A DNA stretch of 64,000 nt from Vermamoeba vermiformis (taxonomy: Eukaryota): positions 1 to 64,000 of the forward strand of contig JBEWZL010000239.1 of NCBI GenBank assembly GCA_045837725.1, in the 5' to 3' direction. A program made the translations under genes and the position numbers. Shown piece after piece: positions 1 to 11,500 of this stretch (position 1 is its first letter; every line of letters starts with the position of its first letter). The notes under the pieces are model-generated. The model was not told the origin of the DNA, made no database searches, and was given only the letters and a program-made list of their open reading frames with translations.

Positions 1-199
1 AACACTAAGAGCAATGGTCCTTTGCAGGGTTATCAAAGGCAGAGAGAACCTCAGCATTCTGCGATCCAGGACATCAAACATTTTCAACATGGGGGCATGT
101 CAATCCCACAAACTTCAACAAAAACCACCTGCAACCAATGTAGAAAGATATATCCACCAACTATCACTCATACAGACACTAAATTTGTTTGTACAAAAA

Positions 200-2327
200 T
201 GAATATTCAAAATATTTATTTGTATATTCAAAAAATACAGCTTCGACTTGTCTGGATCTGCTTAACCAGCTCTTGCTGCCTTCTTTTGACCTGACAACTA
301 GTATTAGAGCACTGTAGTTAATTATTTGAGTGCGTTTTCAAACTTACCAGTGGTCACTGAAGCTCCACACAGATTGATCCTGGATCGTGCACGAGCCTCT
401 GGATCGGCAAAAACTCATGTACTATTTATCCTACAAGTATGACATTAATTTTACCATAATACTCATATTATTGTCACTATGAATTGATACTTACTGGCTC
501 GAACTGCTAACAAAAAGTTATAAAGTTTTTGGTAACGGCTAGATTTGATTTTATTAAATATTTATTTTATTATATAGTAGCAGATAATGCCACCAGTTTA
601 ACCACATAGTGTAGTTAATATTTATATTAATATTCTTGGATTACTTACTTTACTGGAAGCCACCAGACTGAAATTGGCAAATCCTGATCTCGATCCAACA
701 TCGGCTGACCATCGGATCCTCACCAATGGGCCCTCTCCTTGACCTCTTACATATTTGAATAGTAGCACACTACTGATGTGCCCCTTGAGAAGTGTATTAG
801 GAGGTTGGCAGTGCGTGCATTGGTCAGATTTTAATGAGCATCGATCACGTGCTTGACCAAAAAAAGATTTTTTTGTTCATTTTCTGTTACATTCAACTTG
901 CCAACAACACCACTATATAATGTATAAGAACACCTGTATTTGGGTGGCTTCCTTTCATTGCAGCAGTAAGTAATCAAATGCGGACCCACGAAAATAAATA
1001 GTTATTATTTTTTTTTAAATATTCAAATTCAATTCTTTATTTTGTCACTCTGATGCTAATCTACCTTACTATAGCACACAAGTAATATCTGATGGCTGTA
1101 TTGGATGGTTTGGACTTATTCTGCACTGTTAGGGTTATGTAAGTCTTCAGGGTTATAGGTGTGAATCTTTGACCGTAGTCCTTGGACTACGCTCAGTCAG
1201 GAATTCTGCATTTGACCGTAGTCCTTGGACTATGCTCAGTTGAGAATTCTGAATTTGAGCGTAGTCCTTGGACTACGGTTGTTTCATCATCTTTTCAAAC
1301 TTTTGAATAGACAAATTAGATTAATGTATATGCAAAGTAACTTACGTTCCCTTTCTCAGGTCACCTGTTATAGCTTTGGGCAGTTTCCCCCTGTTCAAAT
1401 ATGTCATGAATTCTGTATTTGAGCGTAGTCCTTGGACTACGGTTAGTTGAGAATTCTGTATTTGACCGTAGTCCTTGGACTACGCTCAAAGTATATGGTA
1501 TAACCCTGACCAGTTGTCAGGAATTCTGCATTTGAGCGTAGTCCTTGGACTATGGTTAGTCGAGAATTCTTGATTTGACCGTAGTCCTTGGACTACGCTC
1601 AGTTGGGAATTCTGCATTTGACCGTAGTCCTTGGTCTACGGTCACATTATCTTTACAAACTTTTAAATATACACTTTTAATTAATGTATATTCAAAATTA
1701 CTTATGTACCCTTCTACAGGTCATGGAGACAATTTAAGCTGCTTTGCCTGTTTTCAGGTATGTCAAGAATTCTGTATTTGAGCGTAGTCCTTGGACTACG
1801 GTTAGTCGAGAATTCTGCATATGACCGTAGTCCTTGGACTACGCTCAGTCAGGAATTCTGCATTTGACCGTAGTCCTTGGACTACACTCGAGGAATTGTT
1901 AAAGTCAATGTAGTGCCCTATGACAATGCATAGACACTATGTTTTTTTGCATATTCAAAATATTGACATTCTTTAGAGATATTCAGTTGGTGTTAGATTC
2001 GGTCGCTGCAACCTCCCACCACTCACCATAGATGACTGGCCCACATGTATAAATGAATATACATTTTACTATTTTGCATATTCAAATATTCTGACCCTTC
2101 ATGATTAGGCTGGTACACATCAGGTCTTCAAGAATTCTTTGTTTGAGCGTAGTCCTCGGACTACGGTTAGTCAAGAATTCTGCATTTGACCGTAGTCCTT
2201 GGACTACGCTCAGTCAGGAATTCCGCATTTGATCGTAGTCCTTGGACTACAGTTGATCGAGAATTCTGCACTCTACCAGTTGGACGTGCATACAAATGAA
2301 TAGACATTTTGTAAGCATGCATATTCA
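200..2327. repeat. Six dyad sites TGAATAKACA-N11-TGYATATTCA
   Basis: Left arms at 200, 1304, 1664, 1927, 2054, 2297; right arms at 221, 1325, 1685, 1948, 2075, 2318. The spacer is 11 nt in all six. An extra half-site lies at 2466. Confidence 0.85.
1161..2270. repeat. Hairpin minisatellite: 14 copies of CGTAGTCC-TT-GGACTACG in 43-bp units, in clusters with ~360-bp higher-order period
   Basis: Core starts at 1174, 1217, 1260, 1424, 1467, 1537, 1580, 1623, 1783, 1826, 1869, 2148, 2191, 2234. Unit consensus GAATTCTGCATTTGASCGTAGTCCTTGGACTACG(CTC/GTT)AGTYRR. Linkers 1278-1405 and 1641-1765 are similar to each other. Confidence 0.97.
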
Positions 2328-2538
2328 AAATAGTTACCGATGAAACTAAGTTCCTTAACTTTAGGCTCAGTCTTCATTGTAAACCTGCCAAGGCAAATGG
2401 ATGGGAAAACAATGTTTGTGATTCAAAATTGGGAAAACAAAGATAGTACTGATTTTACGCATAATTGTATATTCAAAAATAAATAACGTTTATTCAAAAA
2501 TTTGACATTTTCCAGGCTTTAGGCCTATAAGCCTTAAA

Positions 2539-3629
2539 TTAGCTAAGCCTAACTATATATATAATGTGTTTTGCACGAGGAGACAATCCACCGTGAACGT
2601 TCTTTGGAACTTGAACTTGAACCTCTGCTCGCCCTTTGGTTAGTAACTGTCAAATTTTTCGGTTTATGCTCAATTATACGCACCGGGTCTGCGGAGCCAT
2701 TTTCTGCTGTAACCGATGACACACATAGGTCTAGGAACATCTGTTTTATTCTCCGTACCTCTATTTCCAACCAGTCAATTAATATCTCGTTATAATACTC
2801 GTTACGAACCTGTGCAAGCCGCGAACATCACGAATCATGACGTCACCAACCTTCATTTCAATTGGTTGGAGCATTGCTTCTCCGTTATTAAGCTTCTCCA
2901 TGGCGACAGGTTTCTTCAAAGCGTGAGTGCCCTTTGCAATCTCTAAAGGACCGTTCCTAATAATAAGTACTTAGCGATTTTACTCAAATTGATACTTTAT
3001 CGGGATCTAAACTTACCAAGGATCAATTGTAACATCAACCAAAGGAAAATTGACGGCGAGCTGAAACATTGGTGTTTCGTGGTCCATATCGTGGAACAGA
3101 GACGGGGTGTCACGGTGAACTTCTTGGGTATCCTAATACGAGTCGATATAGTTATGTTAACATTACCAAAGCAATTTATCTTACTGAACCCTTGCAAGGC
3201 GTATCGACTGCTAATTGACACATGACGAAATCTTTACCAACGAGGCTAAACAAAGTTTTATCAGATCGCAATAATATTTTTGTCTAGGTGTTAAATATAA
3301 TTAAAAATATCTCCTTACCGTTCAACAATTTGCAAAATATCTTCGTTTTCATAAATTAGTGGATCTGCGAACGGGGAAACAAAGGGCAAAGTGACGTAAT
3401 ATCGGGCAGGACCTCGAGCACCTTCTTTTCCTCGTTTTTCAATGTGATAATCCAACAAAGGCAAAAACGCCGTCTTCCATGACTCTAACAAGGCAGAAGG
3501 AAAGTGATCTCTCAAGATCACATACCCGTCACGCTTCGTGATCTGAGCGAATTCCTCATGCTGTTCGCTAGTGTATTTCGCTTGAGTGCTTTCAAATGCA
3601 GCCAAACCTCGTCTCGTTGCTTCTTGCAT
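2539..3629 (-). CDS. Phytanoyl-CoA dioxygenase (PhyH)-family Fe(II)/2-oxoglutarate dioxygenase, multi-exon; C-terminus possibly truncated
   Basis: Spliced translation gives RDGYVIL, QEVHRD (HxD iron ligands), NFPLVDVT, NGPLEIAKGTH, MKVGDVMIRDVRGLHRGTEN and RPMCVIGY. Confidence 0.88.
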
Positions 3630-3787
3630 TGCTGTTGTTGTGGTCACTTGATGTCAATCAACAAAAAAGAATCTTCATTCCAATTTTTCCGGTTGCTGCC
3701 AGCGACCAAAAATAATTAAAGTTTGATATATTTATTACTTAATTACTATAGTACAATAAAATTTATGGTTATTCAACAAAATACAAA

Positions 3788-6700
3788 CTAGTTCTTCGAG
3801 TCGGCGATGGGACTGCGCATCGACTGTGCGTAAAGGTCACTAGCACTGTTAGCAGTTGGAGTCGATGTACTTCCAATGTCAAGTTCGATTGTGCCGTTCT
3901 TTTCAAACTCTGCAATTTGCTTTCGTTTCCATAACAAATCGCTTTGAAGTTTTTCTGAAGAGATATGAATATTAATGCTCGAGCCAACGTCTCGTAATAT
4001 TAAATTAACATACCAGCTTGTTTCTTGAGAGTGGCAAGAATAACGCCTTCATTCAAGGTCAAGTACATCTTCGGTGCGAAGAGAATAAGAAGTGACATGG
4101 TTGTTTCGAATAAAATGCCGGCAGTGACAGCGATTGCGATTGAATCAGGGTCTGCGAGAACTGAAGCGACAGGAACAACAACGAACAATGTCAGAGTAGC
4201 GTTGTAAATCTACGGACAATTAGTTATGCTGAAACCAACCAAGAGTGAGAGTACTCACGGAAAAGGCCAAATGCTTGCTCTCGTTGTAGTTTTGAGGCAA
4301 CTTGCGAGTCTTAATAGCCAAGAAACAACCGAACAACAGCAAGGCACAGTTGAAAGCCAGCAAGGCGTACAAGAACCCAGGAGTGCTGCTGTGACATTCG
4401 TAGGTGATGTTTTCAGTGCTCGAATCCAAGTCGATGACCACACGTTCCAAGTAGGGGAAGAAAATGAACCAGAACAACATTACCAAAGCCTCAACACTGA
4501 CGAGGACAGCAACGGCCTTAAGCAAAGTAGCGTCGCGGATCTATGTGAAGGTTAAGGTTAAACCTGATCAGGACTTAAATTAGCGAGCTTACCGTCATTG
4601 GCTTCACACTATTCACGGTGAATAATCTCCACAAGCGCCACTCTTTAGCGAAGAACGAGCCATACATCATAGCGAAGCCCAAGCATAACAACCAAACTCG
4701 CAAGACGCAGAAACCATCGCCAGTCTGAAGCCAAAAGTAGGTGGACACGTAACAGAGAATGGCACCAATAACGATAACCCAACAGAGCACAGGACTAGCC
4801 TTACGAATGACAGAGTGATTTCGCTTGACTATCAAAATGACCAGCAGAGCTATTGACAAAGCAATCAGCACTGATGCCAAGACGTAGATTGAGATGCGCA
4901 AGGGCTGTTTGACATCGTTGACTTGTAAACAGTGGTACTCGGACTCAACCAAGTAGGCTTGGGAACCGTCATTACATTGGCTAATGACGATGGTAAAGTT
5001 CACGTCTTCGGGGCCACTTGGAATGGTATTGAAGTTGACAGTAACGGCAGACTCAGGACTGGCGAGAATCTTCAACAACTTGAACTGAGCAACGCCATTG
5101 TCACCAACTTCTTGCTCGACAACACCTTTCAGCACGGCCGCATCCGAAACAGTTACTTGAATTAAAAGATCGCGCGCCTGCTTGACAACCTGCGAGAACT
5201 TGTCGATGACCTGCACGTCGATGGTGAAGAGTTCAGACGATGCCAATGCGCTAGGAGGAGAGGTTGAGAATTGAAGTCGAGAAGAAGCAGTAGCAATGTC
5301 ATTGCCAAACAGTGCCGAATTTCCAGAGTACGTGCAAGCCGTACAAAGATCGTTGCCCAAACTGAAGTCGCAAATAGAACTGTCGGTAACTTGGAAGAAG
5401 AAGGCACCACCGCCAATATCAGCTTGGTTCGAAGTGAGCTGCGCGTTAGTCATATTCAGGCAGCTCGTCACGTATTGACTGAGTGCATAAGCTCCGCCAC
5501 TACGAGCGGTGTTGTTGAAGAAGCGTGAGTCCGTGAGAACAGGTTTGGAATAGGCGTCTTGATAGACAGCGCCGCCGTAAAAAATGGCAGAGTTTGACTC
5601 AAAGTCCACATTCGTTAGCTCGGCCCTGCTCTGATCCGCGAAGTACACAGCACCACCACTACAAAACGTTAATAGGGATTCAGTTTTCAAAGTAAGATAC
5701 GTACTAGCTGGCTGAGTTGCCACTAAACTTAGCGTTGGATAAACGTAGTTGGGAGCCAACGGTGGTTTGAATAGCACCTCCATTGCCTGCCTCGTTCTGT
5801 AGTAAAGACAAATGAGCCAAGAAATTGCCAGCAAGAAAGCACATTGCAAACATACGTTGCTAAAAACAGCGCCGTCGATATCAATTATGGCCAGACCAGC
5901 GGAAACTAGAGCACCAGCGGAGGATACAGCTACGTTGTTTTCAAAAGTGCAATTGCGGATGTAATAACTAATTAAGCTAATTTAGTACTGGGACAAGGTA
6001 GTAGGACTACGAATCCGGATTTAGACTTACGTAGTAGTATCGCCCGTTTCGCCAGAGAAGGCAGCAGCACGAAAAGCGGTATTGTTTTTAAGCAAACTAT
6101 CAACGATAGTCAAATTTTGACTTCCCACAAAGTCGACACCAGCGGAAATGAATCCTGATCGGCAAGAATCGAAGACGCAATTCTTAATTAATGTGGGACC
6201 AGAAGCTGCTATGCCACCTCCTTGTTGCTAAGAATATGTGTCAGTTGAGTTTAATTAGTATATCGGCACGCCGAAAATCTGCGTAGATCTCTTTTGACAT
6301 AATTTAACCCGGCTTTCAGCAGTATATATTTATATTAATGAGGCCAGAAGGTCGTTCATCAACGAAAGAATCACTTACTTGAGCATAATTGTCGTAAAAG
6401 TAACTGTCCTGAACAGTGGTCTGTAAGTCCGAGAAAGATGACACTCCACCTCCGGAGCCACCAGAGTTACCGCTAAAGTAGCAATTCTTTATCAACGAGA
6501 CACCGTTGGTCGTAGTTCTGATACCACCACCTGCGTTGTTGGCGATATTGTTGAGGAAAGTGCAGTTGTCGAAAACGGATTGCGTGTCACCAAAAGTGTA
6601 AACGCCACCGCCGTAGAGAGCCGAATTGTTTTGGAAAAGCGTGTTGCGGACAGTGTAAACAGCACTACCACCTATTCATTCGAATGAGGTCACAAAATGA

Positions 6701-7994
6701 CATAAGTAAAAAAAATTCTAAATTTGGGTTTTTAATTAAAAGAGTGTTACCATCATCGATGCCACCACCAAAGCTGCTGTAGCCATCTCGGAAAGTGCAT
6801 CCCTCGATTAGCATCTTTGAGCCGTCTTCGGGCACCACTACACAAAGAGAGAACATTGTTAATTGTTTAGTATCATGTGATTTCGAAATTGATGCAATGA
6901 TACAAAATACGAAACACAAAATCCCATGTGGACAAAAGCGATGAGCCAATTTATAGTGTATATAATAAGAAATTGAACCTATCTACTTACGTGCTCCTCC
7001 CCAACCTCCTTCGCTGCTCATGCATCCGGCAAAGATCGAGTCTCGTAGAGTAACTTCGCTCTGAGTAACGAACATGGCTCCAGCAATGCCAGCACGACAG
7101 TTAATAAATTGGCTACGCTCAATGGTTGCAGTACCGTTCTGTAAAATAAAAAAAGGAAAAGTTAAATTTAGAACGTGACCCTTGGTGAAAACTCGACTTG
7201 ACTGTGCAGTCCACTGCAATCGTTAAGATGATGCGATGTCCGATGATTATATTATATGTTTTAGGTAATTTGATTGCGATATAGTTAATCAAAAGCAGCG
7301 GGCAGATCGTGCACGTCGTTTGTCCACATTTTGATAATTTGCTTTGGATAAAAATGGTGCTTACCCTATCAATATAAATGGCTCCACCTGGTGCATTGTC
7401 AACATTTCCATTGGCTTTGCAAGCATCAAATTTGACGTCGGTAATGTTAACGACCGCATTCACGATCATAGCGCAACCTCCGGTCAATTTGTTTGAGCCC
7501 GCATATCCGGAGGCACTTCCTTGTCTTAGAGTCATTGCCGACACTGCAGTGTTGACAACTCCATCGAAAATAAAAGCGCGGCCTGAAAACAAAATCATTA
7601 GTACTGTTTCTCCGCGCGTGGATGTTCGCTACGGCTAGCTTACCTGCATTGGCCAAATCAATTATAGTGCTATCGATACCTGCACCTATTATAGTGACCC
7701 CACTAGGCACGACAAGCTCTCTGAAGTCGGTGCCAGTGTACGTTCCCGCAGCAACTGAGATGACATCTCCTGAAACGGAGTGTTGCAATGCGTTGCGTAA
7801 TGTAGCGCATGCCGTGGAGCTGCAATCATTGCTCGTATCTGTTCCTGTTGTTGAAACGAATCTCTGGGTTCCTAATCATGAAATTTTATTAGCTGATTGC
7901 TCTGGGTGGATGGCGTTTCGTAAATGATATTACCAATGCTCCAATGGAGCGATAATATGAAACATATAGCAACTAAAATGTGCTTTTGTTGCAT
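3788..7994 (-). CDS. Class C (GABA-B/Grl-like, 7tm_3) GPCR with large pectin-lyase-like/PMP-repeat beta-helix ectodomain
   Basis: Signal peptide MQQKHILVAICFILSLHWS. Repeated GGA(I/V)/FxxN motifs. 7TM motifs IRKASPVLC, CVLRVWLLCLGFAMMYGSFFAKEWRLWRLF, KTRKLPQNYNESK, LFAPKMY. Confidence 0.9.
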
Positions 7995-8574
7995 CTTGGA
8001 TGGTTGTAATTGCAAAAAACGTTGGTTTTTTCGTACTTATTCGCGACGTGTCAAGCTCGTCAGTTGTGATGCCGCAATTTGTAAAACCTGCTCGTTTCTA
8101 AATCAGGCGAAGTGGGCCTGGAAAATGTCCCACAGCTCGTTCTCCAGGTACGCACACCGAGGATTGCCCACCAAGTATTCGGTTTCCAAATCCGGTTCGG
8201 ATTTTGCAAGCTCCACTTATCCTTTCTCGTGGCAGTCTGGAAACTCGAATAACGAGTTGATGCATATAATTTATGGTGCTGTTCTTTGCTACTACCTATG
8301 CAATTGAAATGCATCGTTTTTGTTTGAGTTCAAAATTTAAATTCCAAATCTCGTCAAAATTCAAACAAAAAATGGCCACAATCATGACATTATTTGTTGG
8401 AAGAGAGCGAGCTAGAAATAAAATTACTAATCATATAAAAAAATATTGAACAGATCTATTTTTGGAGGTTACCTTTCTTTCTTTTGGATGGACGACCGCC
8501 ATTTTAATGTCGTGAATCTTTGGTATGCGTCATTTGTGATTTTGTTTGCAAAATGTGTTTGCTCATCTATTAAT

Positions 8575-11500
8575 TTATTTATTTACACGAGTTCCGTTTT
8601 TTTCAGTCTTCTTGCGCGGTTTCTTACTCTTATCCACCCAAGTCACCCCCTGCAATGTGTTAATATCGCTGCTAGCGAAACAACCGACGCACAACTTACT
8701 TTTTTACGCATGAAATCCTTCAGAAATTCTTTGGAGCAAACGATATCCTGTTTTTTTAGCATGCTTTGTAATTCGCCAAGCTCCAAAGGCTAAATTAATG
8801 GCATCAGTAAAGATTGGACTTAGGACTGGTATAAATGTAATTCTCACCCCGTATTCGAGGATCTTTTCCCACAGCGGTATGTTTGCCTTGATGAACTTGG
8901 CGATCTTGGATTCCAGTTTAGTCTTGTCATCTTCGCTCAAACTGTCTTCGGCATCTTTTTTGCTCTTCTTGGCTGGTGGAGAATCCGCGTCATCTTCACG
9001 TTTCCTTTTCTTCTCGACTAAAGGAGCTTCACAAGCGGTCAGATTGGTCCGGGATGCGTGCTTGTCTTACCATTCGATCGCAATTTCCATAATTGTTGGA
9101 GCTGATCCACCATAAACGCTTTAGTTCCAGGCTTTATTCCGAACTTCGATACTTCAGCCTTCAAAATTCATGAGTGCCAAGTTACATCAAATATTTGTTA
9201 CCTTCAACTGCTCTAGTGACATAGCGTCATAATCGGGTACATTAGAGGGTTTTGAAGTCGACTCTTCGTGGTCGCTGCCAACCGACGATGACAACGAGGA
9301 CCTCTTGCGACTGAAGAACGGCTTGTCTTCTTCGTTGTCAACCGCGATGGGTGCCATGAATCCTCCTTCATTCTCATTGGCGTTTACGGGTGTGGGCAAT
9401 GAACTGCTGAACGCTGAGTCAAAGTCGTCTTCGCTGTCTATGCTCGTGTTAACTCGGTACTGCCTGCGAACTGCATCAATTTTTTTGTCTTTTTCTACGG
9501 TTAAGCGCCCAATCTGTTAATGTGTAAGTGCTTATTAGCTAATCGTGGTGACATATTAAGTACCTCTTTGTAGTATTCATCTTTAAGTATTTTCATTTTG
9601 ATTGCCAGTTCGCGCTTTTTGGTCTGGATCAAGCGTTGGTATTCAAGCACAATTTCTGTCACTTTGTCGGCTACGACTCGGTCTTCTTCGCTTGGACTCG
9701 ATTGATCTATTCTCGGCAACGCCTTTGGCGTAGTAGCGTGGTTTGCTGCCTTGGACATCACTGCTGGAGGATCGGCACGAGAAGGCGGACATTCCATAAA
9801 TTGACTGAGACTGACAATTGTTGTCGTGTCGTCTACACCGTGCGCTGGGCTTGATTGTTGCGGCGCTGTTAAGTCGATTGTCCGCTGTTGATTCGTGATT
9901 GTAGTTCGCTTCGGTTTGCTCAAAAACGGATGGACAACCTCGTCGGCCAGAGCTTCGTAACTCACGTATTGATTCTCACTTTCCCAATCGTCGAGCATTG
10001 AGTTCAGTTCTTCTTCTTGTTCTCTAACCGCTCGGACTTTTTGTGTGCTCGTAATATGTGGGGGAGTTGCAACGTTGATTTCTATTGGCTTAGAAACCGC
10101 CTTCTCGGCTTCCACTGCCTTTGGTATATCAGGTTTGGGTTTGGGTTTTGGTTTTGCAAACACGGGCGCTTCTGTTTCTTCATTGCACTCTGTTTCTTCT
10201 TCTTCGTCAGCTTCTTCTAGCTTCTCTTTACGATCGTCTAGTATTTCGGCCATAAACAATAATTGTGACGATTGTGTCTCTTCATCCGTTAAGATAACAG
10301 TTTTCTGCTTGATTGATTCAACAGCCACTAATCTTTCAGCCAATTTCAACGGTGGTCTAGCTTCTCGTTGGGAGGACGGAATGACATCGGTATTAAACAT
10401 GGTATCAGTCAAATCAACATCTACATCGCCGGCTTGTAGAGTCCAAATTGAAGGCGAGGTCTCCGCAGATTTCCTGGAAAAGTTAGTAACTCGGCTCGCG
10501 CAACTAAACATTCGTACTTATATTTGTCCTGTAAAGCACTTTGTTTGATCTGAGGGGTTGATGGGATATCGTCGGCGAGCAGTTCTTCCTCTAGATTGAA
10601 TGACTTCTCCGGAGTATTTTTTGCACTGAAGCCTGCTAAGTCGCGTGGTGTTGATCCGTTGCTGCTCGGAGGAGAAGAGATTTTCTCTGAGGCACTCAAT
10701 GCCATGGCCAACATGATTTTCTCTTCGGCTTCGTCTTTTGGTACATCACCAGATAAGCGCAGCTCGTTCATTTTCTTCGGTTTAATGGGCGTTTTGAAGT
10801 CGTCATCTGAACTCAGTTCAGAAGGTAAGTTGTCGAAGTACGCTGAAGTTACGACTTTCTTTTTCCTTGGTTTCTTCTCCTTAACCTCTGGAGGGGACTT
10901 TTTTTGTAAGTTCAGTTGCGCTATGTCCATCACAACGTTCTTCTTTTTAGTGCCGCTTGCCTTGCTACTTGTCCTCGATAGTGGCTTTGCAGGTGTAGAT
11001 TGCATCGGTCGTACAACTGGTTTTCCGACAAGCTGCTCTTGCAGTGTCTTCAGCTGGCTTGGACTAACATTGTTTTTCTTCGCGCACGCCTTCAAATGAG
11101 TCATTCTTCCCTTGATCTTCAACGTACTAAAGTCTTTGCTGCAAATAAGACAAAACCATTGCGGATCAATGATTGATCCGTAGGTTCCCTGCGGCTGTTC
11201 TTCGACTGCTGAAGTGCTGCCTTGACTTTCATTGCGATTCTGCGACTCCGAATCGTCGACGCATCTATTTACATGCTGCGCGCGTCTGGCTTCGTTATAC
11301 TTTGTCAAATCCTTGCTGCAGATGATGCACAAAAACTTTTCAGTACTTAACGAGGCATTCTCTTGAGTATCGATGCACTTGTTGACGTGTGACTCTCGTT
11401 GCTTAATCGTAAAGAAATTAGCCTTGAACAGAAACTAGTCCCACTTTGCTTACCGCTGCATCCAATTCCGATATATCGGTATTGCAGATTACGCAGTGAT

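Larger units (their letters stand above)
1..2553. mobile_element. Probable terminal region of a DNA transposon or other integrated element (class unknown; left part outside the window)
   Basis: No coherent host gene. CpG-poor compared with the neighbouring genes. Contains two families of repeated dyad motifs, ends in a small hairpin (AGGCTT 2514-2519 / AAGCCT 2529-2534) and abuts (TA)5 at 2554-2563. No transposase is recognisable. Confidence 0.5.

Noticed and set aside
1-294. CNQC...FVC as a TnpB/Fanzor or transposase zinc finger
   Set aside because: The second CxxC is incomplete and no RuvC or DDE motif is visible; cannot be supported without upstream sequence.
240-800. Minus-strand exon-like blocks with GTAAG donors
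   Set aside because: No consistent or recognisable spliced protein could be built; possibly a decayed element gene.
1225-1781. ORFs 1225-1422 and 1575-1781 as genes
   Set aside because: They are translations of the 43-bp repeat, whose length is not a multiple of 3.
1161-2270. CRISPR array (palindromic repeats at regular spacing)
   Set aside because: Sequences between hairpins are themselves conserved rather than unique spacers, no cas genes are present, and the context is eukaryotic.
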